From a virus (taxonomy: Duplodnaviria; Heunggongvirae; Uroviricota; Caudoviricetes): a stretch of 40,352 bases of DNA. The translations under genes were made by a program, and so were the position numbers. The stretch is taken from IMG/VR virus record IMGVR_UViG_2923302340_000006, positions 1 through 40,352 of that record; one strand, written 5' to 3'. Positions 1-8,241 of this stretch are shown one piece after another (within the stretch, counting starts at the first letter, position 1; the number at the start of each line of letters is the position of its first letter). The notes below the pieces were generated by a model. That model ran no database searches and was not told where the DNA came from. It saw only the letters and a program-made list of their open reading frames with translations.

Positions 1-192
1 TCAGGAGCATTTCTGATTAACGCCACCGTTAATAATCCACCCCTCAACAGCTTCACGAAGGTATGATTTGGGGTGGGTTCTGACTGGCTTCGGAAATCCG
101 TGCCGTTTGGTATAGTTCCAGATTGTCTGACGTGATGAAACACCGAGCTTGTTCATCACTTCTTTCTCAGGAATCAGGCTGGTATCGGTCAT
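1..192 (-). CDS. AlpA/Xis-family excisionase-like DNA-binding protein
   Basis: 63-aa ORF, stop at 1..3; RBS GGAGAA upstream of ATG at 192; HTH-like ...VSSRQTIWNYTKRHGFPKPV... typical of AlpA/Xis proteins; first gene at the att-proximal end of the early-left operon. Confidence 0.6.
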   Translation of the reverse strand: MTDTSLIPEKEVMNKLGVSSRQTIWNYTKRHGFPKPVRTHPKSYLREAVEGWIINGGVNQKCS

Positions 193-273
193 CTTAATTC
201 TCCAGGCAAAAAGAAACCGCCATATAGCGGCTCTATCAGATATGTACAGGCCTCATCGAGTGTGAGGCTGTGG

Positions 274-618
274 TTAGTCCTTGCGTAGCTCGCTGATTCT
301 TCTGTAAGTCTCTGGTGCTTTGTTTCCGTGTATCTTCATTTCAGACTTCAACAGAGCAACGAGAGAATCCCATTCGTTGAGGATGCCTTTGAATGCCGGA
401 ACGCGCTTTGCAACCTTGTCGAATGAATCCCTGATTTCTGGAATCTGCTCGACAAGCGCAACGCATCGTCGGAAATCGGCTGCGTCATGTGGAGCACCGA
501 AGCTATGACCATAGATATTCTTTTTCAGTCCACATGCGATTGAGGCAAGAGTTGCGCTACTGATGCCAACATCGCCAGTCGATTGCCATTTCAAAACCTT
601 CATAGCCAAATCTGACAT
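274..618 (-). CDS. hypothetical protein (early-left operon)
   Basis: ORF 274..645; start trimmed to ATG at 618 (RBS GGAGA 6 nt upstream) because the longer start lies inside a terminator hairpin at 639..652. Confidence 0.45.
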   Translation of the reverse strand: MSDLAMKVLKWQSTGDVGISSATLASIACGLKKNIYGHSFGAPHDAADFRRCVALVEQIPEIRDSFDKVAKRVPAFKGILNEWDSLVALLKSEMKIHGNKAPETYRRISELRKD

Positions 619-630
619 TTCTTGTCTCCA

Positions 631-652
631 ATAAAAAACCGCCATCAGGCGG
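631..652 (-). terminator. intrinsic terminator in early-left operon
   Basis: Hairpin ccgcc-atca-ggcgg (639..652) followed on the minus strand by a U-tract (631..638). Confidence 0.45.
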
Positions 653-718
653 CTTGGTGTTCTTTCAGTTCTTCAATTCGAATATTGGTTACATTGTTTT
701 CATATATGAATAAATAAA

Positions 719-901
719 TTAGCTTTTTTCGTTGCCTTCGCGTTCTTTATTAATTTTGACAAACTCGTTTTTACCACGCTCTCCAAATGCGTCTTTAGAG
801 TCGTTGTATCCGCAATCGCAGCACACATAATCATCAGACCATCCACGCATTGTTTTTTCTTTTGCAATATTTCCAGAACCGCATTTTGGACAAGACATAT
901 C
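719..901 (-). CDS. small zinc-ribbon protein (CPKCG...CCDCG)
   Basis: ORF 719..931; start at ATG 901 preceded by RBS GGAGGTG; two Cys pairs MSCPKCGSG...YVCCDCGY. Confidence 0.5.
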   Translation of the reverse strand, partial: DMSCPKCGSGNIAKEKTMRGWSDDYVCCDCGYNDSKDAFGERGKNEFVKINKEREGNEKS

Positions 902-994
902 ACCACCTCCAAAGCATGAGTGAGATGACAACGTAACATTGATTGGAGATTAACAATAGATTGCTGATGTAAAAGATATGTATAAGCTTCGCTT

Positions 995-1372
995 TCAAAG
1001 TGGAGGCTCTGGTAGCGGCATCCAGTGTGACGGCTCACATACCCCCTCAACACCATTCATGTAAAAGAATTGAAATAACCCTTTACCTTTGTGAAACCCT
1101 ACCATCTGCTCTTTTGTGTCTGAACAATAAACCAAAACATCTTCTTCGTTTGGCATTCGCTCACTACAGCTTATCCAACCATCCGGAGTTACCGGAGAGT
1201 TGCCATTTACATCGAAGTTTGGCTCTGAGTCCTGAACCAGGAGGATGTAACCATTCTTGGCAGTATCAAGTTCTAACGCCTCGGTGACGGTGCCGAAATA
1301 GCGATTACCTAAATCAGCATCACAAGTACTTACATCAATGGAAACTTCCATGCCTTCGATTAATTCTGGCAA
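995..1372 (-). CDS. DUF551-family phage protein
   Basis: 125-aa ORF; C-terminal HWMPLPEPP motif characteristic of DUF551 proteins of lambdoid prophages. Confidence 0.6.
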   Translation of the reverse strand: MPELIEGMEVSIDVSTCDADLGNRYFGTVTEALELDTAKNGYILLVQDSEPNFDVNGNSPVTPDGWISCSERMPNEEDVLVYCSDTKEQMVGFHKGKGLFQFFYMNGVEGVCEPSHWMPLPEPPL

Positions 1373-1410
1373 GTTGTAAGCTTGGCTTACAGGTTCGGCT
1401 TCCAGTTCTG

Positions 1411-1779
1411 CTATGCGCTTTTTGCTGCTTCCAGCTCAACGCGCAGCTTCCCTACCGTTAGCGCAATATCCTCGTTCTCCTGGTCGCGGCGTTTGATGTA
1501 TTGCTGGTTTCTTTCCCGTTCATCCAGCAGTGCCAGCGCAACATTTGGATTAAAAGCAGCAATAAATTCAGCGTTTGCATAAGCCTGAACATCTGTTTCA
1601 ACCAGGCAGTTAACATGACATTCCGCAATCACACCACCGGGTTCTCCTTTCCATTTTTGACAAACAAAAACTCCTGTTAAATTGCCGTGCTGGTTAACAG
1701 ATGTATGCCCTACGATGTAGCTTCCTTTAGTTGCTTTCTCTGCCTTTTCACGCAGTGCCTGATAGTCAATCTTGTTCAC
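1411..1779 (-). CDS. Ead/Ea22-like protein
   Basis: 122-aa ORF; motif pattern ([10 protein letters not shown] ... WKGEPGG) recalled from Ead/Ea22-like proteins; not searched. Confidence 0.5.
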   Translation of the reverse strand: MNKIDYQALREKAEKATKGSYIVGHTSVNQHGNLTGVFVCQKWKGEPGGVIAECHVNCLVETDVQAYANAEFIAAFNPNVALALLDERERNQQYIKRRDQENEDIALTVGKLRVELEAAKSA

Positions 1780-1961
1780 TGCTTGCCTCCTTTACGCCAC
1801 ATCGCATTCAGATATTTGTTGTCATTAACAGAACCGAAACTATTTCTCTTAAGCAATTCCTCTCTCGATGGCATTGGCTTTACGCGTTGGCGAATAATCA
1901 TTTCTGCTGGAAGAATGCCGGGATTGTATGCAAGTCCTCTCATGGTAAATTCCTCAGTCAT
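1776..1961 (-). CDS. small hypothetical protein
   Basis: 61-aa ORF from ATG at 1961; 4-bp overlap with the downstream gene start at 1779; call is weak. Confidence 0.3.
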   Translation of the reverse strand: MTEEFTMRGLAYNPGILPAEMIIRQRVKPMPSREELLKRNSFGSVNDNKYLNAMWRKGGKQ

Positions 1962-2247
1962 TACTGATAGCGCCATAGCGTGAGCGGTAATTACGCAGGC
2001 GAGGGTCAATTTCAGGGAAGTGGGTATATGTGGCTTTGCGGAATGGTCGGATTGATGTCTGGTAAATTCGCTCGCGTTCTTCTTTCTCTGCAAGCCATAT
2101 ACAATGGCGAAATTCCTTTTCCTCTTTCGTTTCCTGCGGTAGCGACATTATCAGGTCGTAGTTTTTTCTGAATTTATCCAGCACCTCCGATACGGAATTG
2201 CCGGAACAGCGGCGCGGGTCATCCGCACCATACAGAGGCGCTGGCAT
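1954..2247 (-). CDS. hypothetical protein
   Basis: 97-aa ORF in operon context. Confidence 0.4.
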   Translation of the reverse strand: MPAPLYGADDPRRCSGNSVSEVLDKFRKNYDLIMSLPQETKEEKEFRHCIWLAEKEERERIYQTSIRPFRKATYTHFPEIDPRLRNYRSRYGAISND

Positions 2248-2270
2248 AATGGGAGCCTTATTTTCAGTAA

Positions 2271-2858
2271 TCAGAAAGGAGGGTAATCGTTCTGGCTGTA
2301 ACCATAATCATCTGCATGATTCTGGCTTACGTTTTTAGAGCGATTGTCTTTATCTTTGAGGCTGGCAACCATGTTGGCGATAGTTTCTGGTTGCTTGCCT
2401 TCCGCCTTTTCTTTAAGGGTTTGACCTGTTTGTGCAATAAACGGGATGCGTATTTCCATCTGGTAGCTGTCTGCGCCAGTCTTTTTGTTTGTGGTTAATA
2501 CTTTCTGGAGCACTAACCCGATTTTCTTTCCATGAAATTCAGGCGCAACAAATTTACTGGCGGAAACCATATGTTGCGTTAATTGTCCAATACCGGCACA
2601 CCCCATCATGGCGTGAACGACATTTGCGCCAAATTTGTTTTCCGTTCCGTCATTTTTCTGAACACAGACGCTAAGATATTGGATTTTACGTCCGTCGTCG
2701 GATTCGCCAGAAAACTCAATAAATTTTGCGCCTTTTTCTGATTGCTTGAGTTCTGCTTCAGTAATGGTAATGATATGAGCGCCAGTTTCGTTAATAAAAC
2801 CACCTTGCCCTGCGGTCAGTGCTGCTTCTTCGTTATAAGTAAAAATCACGTTGCTCAT
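2271..2858 (-). CDS. hypothetical protein, possible ssDNA-binding partner of the Sak4-like ATPase
   Basis: 195-aa ORF; RBS AAGGAAA; start overlaps the stop of the upstream ATPase gene (ATGA); function inferred from position only. Confidence 0.5.
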   Translation of the reverse strand: MSNVIFTYNEEAALTAGQGGFINETGAHIITITEAELKQSEKGAKFIEFSGESDDGRKIQYLSVCVQKNDGTENKFGANVVHAMMGCAGIGQLTQHMVSASKFVAPEFHGKKIGLVLQKVLTTNKKTGADSYQMEIRIPFIAQTGQTLKEKAEGKQPETIANMVASLKDKDNRSKNVSQNHADDYGYSQNDYPPF

Positions 2859-3535
2859 GCTGCGTTTTCCTTAATTTGATGAACATTATTGATGCCGTAG
2901 TAATCACAAACAGTGGCATCGACGAAAGAGAGATCGTTATCAATCTCATTGGAGTCAAACATTCCCATTGGGGATTTAACAGTGTCTGCACCGTTGTTTT
3001 TTGTGGTGAAAAAGAACTGGTCATCACGGGTAAGGGTGCGAAGAACTATAGTAAACATGCCTTCGACAGTGATTTTCTCGTCCAGCATTTTGCCGATAGT
3101 TTTCATTTTCACGCGCCCCATAGGGGTTTCTTCGGTGTGTGCAAGAAAATAGACTCTCAGGTCATCAGGTGCATCCTGTGCAGCCTTAATCACCTCCCAT
3201 GCGTGGCGGCCTATCTCAGTAAATTTATCAAACGATTTTTCTTCTGAGCGGCGCATAAACTCATTGCTCATCACATACTGGAAGTCATCAACAATAACGA
3301 TTCTTTTCCCGTATTCGTGAGCACGCTTAATTACGGCAACTATTACGTCCCATTTGTCAGTGGTAACTACGGTTCCTTTTTTTGCTCTGGCATCCCATGC
3401 AAGCCAGTCTTTTGATTTAAATGGTAGCGGCTTGCCTATTGGTTTTATAAGTATTGCTTCCTCGGGATTGATATTTCTCATGCTGGTTGATTTTCCGGTG
3501 CCAGACTCACCGAGTATTAATGTCGCAGTTCCCAT
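2855..3535 (-). CDS. Sak4-like (AAA_24-type) recombination ATPase
   Basis: 226-aa ORF; N-terminal Walker A LILGESGTGKST; size and early-left position typical of phage Sak4/RecA-core ATPases. Confidence 0.65.
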   Translation of the reverse strand: MGTATLILGESGTGKSTSMRNINPEEAILIKPIGKPLPFKSKDWLAWDARAKKGTVVTTDKWDVIVAVIKRAHEYGKRIVIVDDFQYVMSNEFMRRSEEKSFDKFTEIGRHAWEVIKAAQDAPDDLRVYFLAHTEETPMGRVKMKTIGKMLDEKITVEGMFTIVLRTLTRDDQFFFTTKNNGADTVKSPMGMFDSNEIDNDLSFVDATVCDYYGINNVHQIKENAA

Positions 3536-3543
3536 AATTTGCC

Positions 3544-3744
3544 TCAGAATGGTAATTCGGATGGGGAGGAAAGAAACTCGCGCTCATTCATGCGCTCTCT
3601 TTGTGCCTGCCATAAACAAAGTTGTTTCTTTGATTTATCTCCCGCTTTACGCCAGTAACGAGCCTCAGCAATGTGATATTCTCTTTTTAATCGACTTAAT
3701 TCTGGAGTTTTCGCCAGTTCTACCGGAATCATTTTGACCTCCAT
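3544..3744 (-). CDS. hypothetical protein
   Basis: 66-aa ORF in operon, basic. Confidence 0.4.
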   Translation of the reverse strand: MEVKMIPVELAKTPELSRLKREYHIAEARYWRKAGDKSKKQLCLWQAQRERMNEREFLSSPSELPF

Positions 3745-3968
3745 TTTCTGTAGGCTTCGATGGCCTCACGAAACATCTTTTCATCGCCAATAAAAGTGGC
3801 GATAGTGAATTTAGTCTGGATAGCCATAAGTGTTTGATCCATTCTTTGGGACTCCTGGCTGATTAAGTATGTCGATAAGGCGTTTCCATCCGTCACGTAA
3901 TTTACGGGTAATTCGTTCAAGTAAAGATTCGGAAGGGCAGCCAGCAACAGGCCACCCTGCAATGGCAT
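3729..3968 (-). CDS. hypothetical protein
   Basis: 79-aa ORF, overlaps the next gene start. Confidence 0.35.
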   Translation of the reverse strand: MPLQGGLLLAALPNLYLNELPVNYVTDGNALSTYLISQESQRMDQTLMAIQTKFTIATFIGDEKMFREAIEAYRKWRSK

Positions 3969-4047
3969 ATTGCATGGTGTGCTCCTTATTTATACATAAC
4001 GAAAAACGCCTCGAGTGAAGCGTTATTGGTATGCGGTAACGCCGCGT

Positions 4048-4416
4048 TCAGGCGGCCTTGATAGTCATATCATCTGAATCAAATATTCCTGATGTATCGA
4101 TATCGGTAATTCTTATTCCTTCGCTACCATCCATTGGAGGCCATCCTTCCTGACCATTTCCATCATTCCAGTCGAACTCACACATAACACCATATGTATT
4201 TAAGTCGCTTGAAATTGCTATAAGCAGAGCATGTTGCGCCAGCATGGTTAATACAGCATTTAATACAGAGCCGTGTTTATTGAGTCGGTATTCAGAGTCT
4301 GACCAGAAATTATTAATCTGGTGAAGTTTTTCCTCTGTCATTACGTCATGGTCGATTTCAATTTCTATTGATGCTTTCCAGTCGTAATCAATGATGTATT
4401 TTTTGATGTTTGACAT
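4048..4416 (-). CDS. hypothetical acidic protein
   Basis: 122-aa ORF; RBS GAGGA before ATG at 4416; AT-rich. Confidence 0.5.
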   Translation of the reverse strand: MSNIKKYIIDYDWKASIEIEIDHDVMTEEKLHQINNFWSDSEYRLNKHGSVLNAVLTMLAQHALLIAISSDLNTYGVMCEFDWNDGNGQEGWPPMDGSEGIRITDIDTSGIFDSDDMTIKAA

Positions 4417-4434
4417 CTATTCATATCCTCACAG

Positions 4435-4462
4435 ATAAAAAATCGCCCTCACATTGGAGGGC
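4435..4462 (-). terminator. intrinsic terminator
   Basis: Hairpin gccctc-acattg-gagggc (4445..4462) followed on the minus strand by a U-tract (4435..4444). Confidence 0.6.
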
Positions 4463-4566
4463 AAAGAAGATTTCCAATAATCAGAACAAGTCGGCTCCTG
4501 TTTAGTTACGAGCGACATTGCTCAGTGTATTCACTCGTTGGAATGAATACACAGTGCTTACTCGTA

Positions 4567-5037
4567 CTAATAAAATACCCAATTTTCTGTTTCTTGGTTG
4601 TGCCCAAAGTTATATTCAATATCTGGTGTTGATGTATCAATATTTTTCATCCCATCAACAAGAGTTGATACAACAGCCAAATCTTGTTTTATTCTCATTA
4701 AATGGTATTTCTTCCGGCGCAATAAACTTTCAATAGCAAGTTTCTTCGTTGGGAATGCAAAAGATCTTTCTGCATTTTTTGCTACTTTCTTAATTGCATA
4801 TCTATTTCTCTTTTGTTTCCATTCCTGTAACCACTGATTTGGTGCTGGTTTAAAATTAACAATCCAATGCGCAGGAACCAACCATGCATAATGCTCTGTC
4901 TGATGAAAAGCTATATATTGAAGTGCGAATATTTTGATTCCATCTTCTTCAACTGTCGCCTGGAATCTCCAGAAAACAGGCATTCCATCATGTTCAGTTT
5001 CTGATTCAGGAAAAGGTACGCTCCATGATTTTGTCAT
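4567..5037 (-). CDS. hypothetical protein (AT-rich cargo)
   Basis: 156-aa ORF; RBS GAGGTG before ATG at 5037. Confidence 0.5.
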   Translation of the reverse strand: MTKSWSVPFPESETEHDGMPVFWRFQATVEEDGIKIFALQYIAFHQTEHYAWLVPAHWIVNFKPAPNQWLQEWKQKRNRYAIKKVAKNAERSFAFPTKKLAIESLLRRKKYHLMRIKQDLAVVSTLVDGMKNIDTSTPDIEYNFGHNQETENWVFY

Positions 5038-5237
5038 ATCTCACCTCAAATAAGTGGTTTGCTGTCTAATTTCATTTTCTGGAGACCAACACAAGTCACA
5101 CCCATTTCACTGCGTGGCTTGCGGTAGTAAAGATTGTGCCTGTCTTTTAACCACATCAGGCTCGGTGGTTCTCGTGTACCCCTACAGCGAGAAAAAGAGT
5201 AAAATCCTCTTACCCCTACAGTAAGAGAGTAATTTAT

Positions 5238-5732
5238 ATGGATGTGTTATCTGGTATAACTGCCGCGAAACAGGCTTATGATCTGCTGAAGACAATAAAA
5301 GAAACCAGAGACGATGCTGTTATCGCTAAAGCTATTGGTGATCTACACCAAAGAATAACTGACTTACAGATGCTTAATGCGGAGCTCTCTGGCCTTTATC
5401 AGGCCGAGAAGGAGATCGCAATGAAGCTTCGAGATGAAAATAGAAAAATCAAGATGTTTGTTGTGCAAGCTGAGAATTATGAACTTCATACAACTGAAGG
5501 TGGTTCTGTCGTGTATCGACCTAAGAGTCATTCCGATCCTTCTATTCAGCAGCATAACCTTTGTGCACATTGCTTCGGCGAACATAAAATATCGATACTT
5601 CAACCAAGCACGGTTACTATAAAATCTAATGGGTTCTTTGTGCATTCATGTCCTCGCTGTAAGAATGAATACCGGATGTATAGAGCGCCAGACCCTAAGC
5701 CTGTATATGTACCGCCGCTGACAAATTATTAA
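5238..5732 (+). CDS. hypothetical protein with coiled-coil N-terminus and C-terminal Cys4 zinc ribbon
   Basis: 164-aa ORF on the strand opposite to the surrounding operon; CAHCFGEH ... CPRCKNEY; direct repeats tacccctacag x2 upstream. Confidence 0.5.
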   Translation: MDVLSGITAAKQAYDLLKTIKETRDDAVIAKAIGDLHQRITDLQMLNAELSGLYQAEKEIAMKLRDENRKIKMFVVQAENYELHTTEGGSVVYRPKSHSDPSIQQHNLCAHCFGEHKISILQPSTVTIKSNGFFVHSCPRCKNEYRMYRAPDPKPVYVPPLTNY

Positions 5733-5762
5733 TTTTATTCCTGAAATGGCCTCTTCACCCCC

Positions 5763-6125
5763 TTACTTTGTCAGGGGGATATCTCCTTCAGTTTTGACCA
5801 TTCGCCTTAATACTTTCCTTAAGTCGATGTAAAGTTGAAGGTCTCCATTTGCTGCGGCATCAGCCATTTTTTGCCTGACAAGCAGTAATGTTTCATACGG
5901 CTCAATAAGAATATCGTCATGAGTAATTAGGTGAAGCGTTGCCGCATCAACTATTCCTAGAGCTGCGCCAAGTATCAAAAATTCCCTGCTATTTTTGTCG
6001 CATGAGGAGATAAGCGTATTTAGCGCATACCTAATATTCTTTATAGCTGTTGTTAATGCTGCAATTTCTTCTATGGCGTCTTCTCCAATGAGCTTTTTAA
6101 GCTCATATTTTTCTTCCTGACCCAT
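5763..6125 (-). CDS. hypothetical protein
   Basis: ORF 5763..6194; start trimmed to ATG 6125 (RBS GAGGT) to avoid overlap with the N-like gene. Confidence 0.45.
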   Translation of the reverse strand: MGQEEKYELKKLIGEDAIEEIAALTTAIKNIRYALNTLISSCDKNSREFLILGAALGIVDAATLHLITHDDILIEPYETLLLVRQKMADAAANGDLQLYIDLRKVLRRMVKTEGDIPLTK

Positions 6126-6169
6126 AATTACCTCGCCGTCAGTTGTTTTGATTTCCGGTAGCCTGCCGC

Positions 6170-6400
6170 CTAAAGAGCTACGTTTGGAAGACAAGTTGAA
6201 CCTTCATATTTTCTGATCAACGTTGTCAGAGTTATAACTTCTGCTCTCATTGCTGGTTTGCGCTTGCATTGCAAGACCACTCGTGAGGTGGTTGGCCTGT
6301 GTAGCTTGTCGGAGCTAATCGCCTCCTGACTTTGCAGGTTTGCGCGACGAGCTCTACGGCGAGAAGCTGCGGTGCCTTTAAATTCTGTTTTTCTGGACAT
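6170..6400 (-). CDS. N: N-like transcription antiterminator
   Basis: Arginine-rich motif near N-terminus (TAASRRRARRANLQ); first gene after the pL/nutL region, lambda-like position; start taken at MSRKTEF. Confidence 0.55.
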   Translation of the reverse strand: MSRKTEFKGTAASRRRARRANLQSQEAISSDKLHRPTTSRVVLQCKRKPAMRAEVITLTTLIRKYEGSTCLPNVAL

Positions 6401-6516
6401 AGATTCCTCCCGAATAAACTTTGGTGATGCAATCTCGAAGCCCCTCCTGAGACGGTTGCTTCGGCATTGCATCCCACAGCTTATGTGGTTGGGTGATCTG
6501 GCTTTTCAGCCACGTA

Positions 6517-6544
6517 GTCGAGTGTTCGACGTTGTTTAAAGAGC
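6517..6544 (-). promoter_or_regulatory. nutL-like site (boxA-like GCTCTTTAAA + CAAC + boxB-like hairpin)
   Basis: On the minus-strand transcript GCUCUUUAAACAAC-GUCGA-ACAC-UCGAC; near-identical layout to the element after cro (9301..9328). Confidence 0.5.
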
Positions 6545-6599
6545 CTGCCAGTCTGTTCCGTTGGGCTTACAGCGTCCTGCTGATGAGTTAACTTTATCG

Positions 6600-6705
6600 G
6601 AATGATAAATTCATGGCAATAGCAAAATGATAAATTGTTTTGGTTTTCAAATATCCTGTTGATTATTATGGTTTTTTATTTGATTGCAGGAATTTATCAG
6701 AAGGA
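6600..6705 (-). promoter_or_regulatory. oL/pL region with repressor operator motifs
   Basis: TGATAAAT at 6603..6610 and 6627..6634 and an inverted-type copy near 6691..6700; same motif as in the cI-cro intergenic region. Confidence 0.5.
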
Positions 6706-6813
6706 ATAAAGAGACTTGAGGGGGATCAGAATTGCGCGTTTTAGTGAGTTGTATCTGTTTATTTTCCAATAAATACAATCGATTATGTGTTTTTAGGTGG
6801 GCGAACGTGAGGC

Positions 6814-6839
6814 AAAGAAAACCCGGCGCTGAGGCCGGG
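6814..6839 (-). terminator. intrinsic terminator ending the cI operon (t_imm-like)
   Basis: Hairpin cccggc-gctgag-gccggg followed on the minus strand by UUUUCUUU; immediately after the stop of the 250-aa gene. Confidence 0.65.
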
Positions 6840-6844
6840 TTGTA

Positions 6845-7597
6845 TTATGCTGCAAGTCTCTTAACCCAAGTCTCTCTTTTGGAGAATGGTAGAACTTGGC
6901 TTGATTCATGGAAGAGTAAGGAGAGTTGTTGCATTTGGTCACCAATTGCTTCGCTGTCTATAACAACAAATCTGTTGTTATACTCCTCACTTGATGCTTT
7001 AAGATCAATTAGTTTCCCAAGCAATGAGTAAGCACTATTCCAGCTTCCTCCGTGTTTCACGCTTGATGTAAAAACGTATTTAGGTATGTCGGTTTTTATT
7101 GTTACAGGGACGGTAATTTGATGTCCACTCAAGCCATATACGTTTTCACGAAGAGAAAGTGCGTCTCTAAGCTCTGTGTGATATAGATAATCAATAACCA
7201 TACTTTCAAACTTTTCAGCTTGAACTGGCTGATACCAGTCTAACGACAAAGTTGATGCGAGTATACCAGCTCTAATTATGTTCGATGTAATCGCACCGAC
7301 ATCCTTTTCTGTTGCCCAAGCAATGATTTCTCCTCGATCATTGAGCTCTGCGCCTTCTTTAAGCAGTAATTGTCGTATCTCATCAAGTCGTTTTTTGGTA
7401 AGCGAGATCCCTCTTGCCTCCATATTCATTAAGGCATCGCATCTATCACTAACTAAATACCTACCATTGACTTCACGGATAAAAGCACCGACATGCTCTC
7501 CATCATCACAGTAAGTGAATGGACTGATAATTCTCAAGGTCTTGCCTATTGGATGGCATTCGAAACCTAGTTGTGAGATCACTGTTGAGCACATCAT
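6845..7597 (-). CDS. unknown protein, distal gene of the cI-adjacent two-gene cassette (rexB position)
   Basis: 250-aa ORF; ATG overlaps the stop of the upstream gene (ATGA); AT-rich; no motif I can assign. Confidence 0.6.
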   Translation of the reverse strand: MMCSTVISQLGFECHPIGKTLRIISPFTYCDDGEHVGAFIREVNGRYLVSDRCDALMNMEARGISLTKKRLDEIRQLLLKEGAELNDRGEIIAWATEKDVGAITSNIIRAGILASTLSLDWYQPVQAEKFESMVIDYLYHTELRDALSLRENVYGLSGHQITVPVTIKTDIPKYVFTSSVKHGGSWNSAYSLLGKLIDLKASSEEYNNRFVVIDSEAIGDQMQQLSLLFHESSQVLPFSKRETWVKRLAA

Positions 7598-8151
7598 ATT
7601 CCAAACCCCATTTGCCCCGACTCATCTTCAAGTGGTAAAGGTATTCTCCCAGAGTAAGTTATGTTCAGATGTTTACAGAAGTAATTCCAATACCCTACCA
7701 GGTCATCTGGGTTTATGTCATCTTCGATTGGAAACGCTATTCTATCACTATAGTATCCAGCTTCTTCATAGTATACATGGTAGTGAGCACCGTAAATGAT
7801 ATCTTGGTACTTCGGATGATCGACCTTGTAACTATTCGTGTGTTTGTCAAAGTGATAGGTATCTACCGCGAAAACCCTCTTGTTATGATAGAAAGCAATA
7901 ATATTTATTTTAGGGTAAGAAATCGGGTCATCAGGTTCTGAATCCTGATCTGGTTTCCATTTCAGTTCAAACTTTAGCCCTTGTATAGGTATACAATCCT
8001 CATCCAAGGGGATGATATGAGCTTGTAGCCACATATCAGAGCGACTTGGTTTCTGTTTCCATTTAACGCCAGAAAAGTTAACTATTTTTTTACAATAAAG
8101 TACTTTATCAACTTCTACTTGGCTTGGCTGATAATCATCTATTTTTGCCAA
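7594..8151 (-). CDS. unknown protein, proximal gene of the cI-adjacent two-gene cassette (rexA position)
   Basis: 185-aa ORF beginning 90 bp downstream of cI on the same strand; apparent TTG start; Asp/Tyr/His-rich; no recognised domain. Confidence 0.55.
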   Translation of the reverse strand: MAKIDDYQPSQVEVDKVLYCKKIVNFSGVKWKQKPSRSDMWLQAHIIPLDEDCIPIQGLKFELKWKPDQDSEPDDPISYPKINIIAFYHNKRVFAVDTYHFDKHTNSYKVDHPKYQDIIYGAHYHVYYEEAGYYSDRIAFPIEDDINPDDLVGYWNYFCKHLNITYSGRIPLPLEDESGQMGFGI

Positions 8152-8241
8152 TGTTTACCGCCCTGTAAATTGTAGATAAAAGTGGTTTCATCACCCAAAC
8201 GTCTCTTCAGGCCACTGGTTACCAGCTATGTGACGATGAAG

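Noticed and set aside
700-1056. 118-aa minus-strand ORF overlapping the zinc-ribbon gene
   Set aside because: Different frame of the same region, poor composition and no RBS; the 719..901 frame has a strong RBS and a Cys4 motif.
6401-6472. N-terminal extension of the N-like ORF (ORF track start at 6472)
   Set aside because: The extension would run into the nutL/pL region; the internal Met at 6400 precedes the arginine-rich motif.
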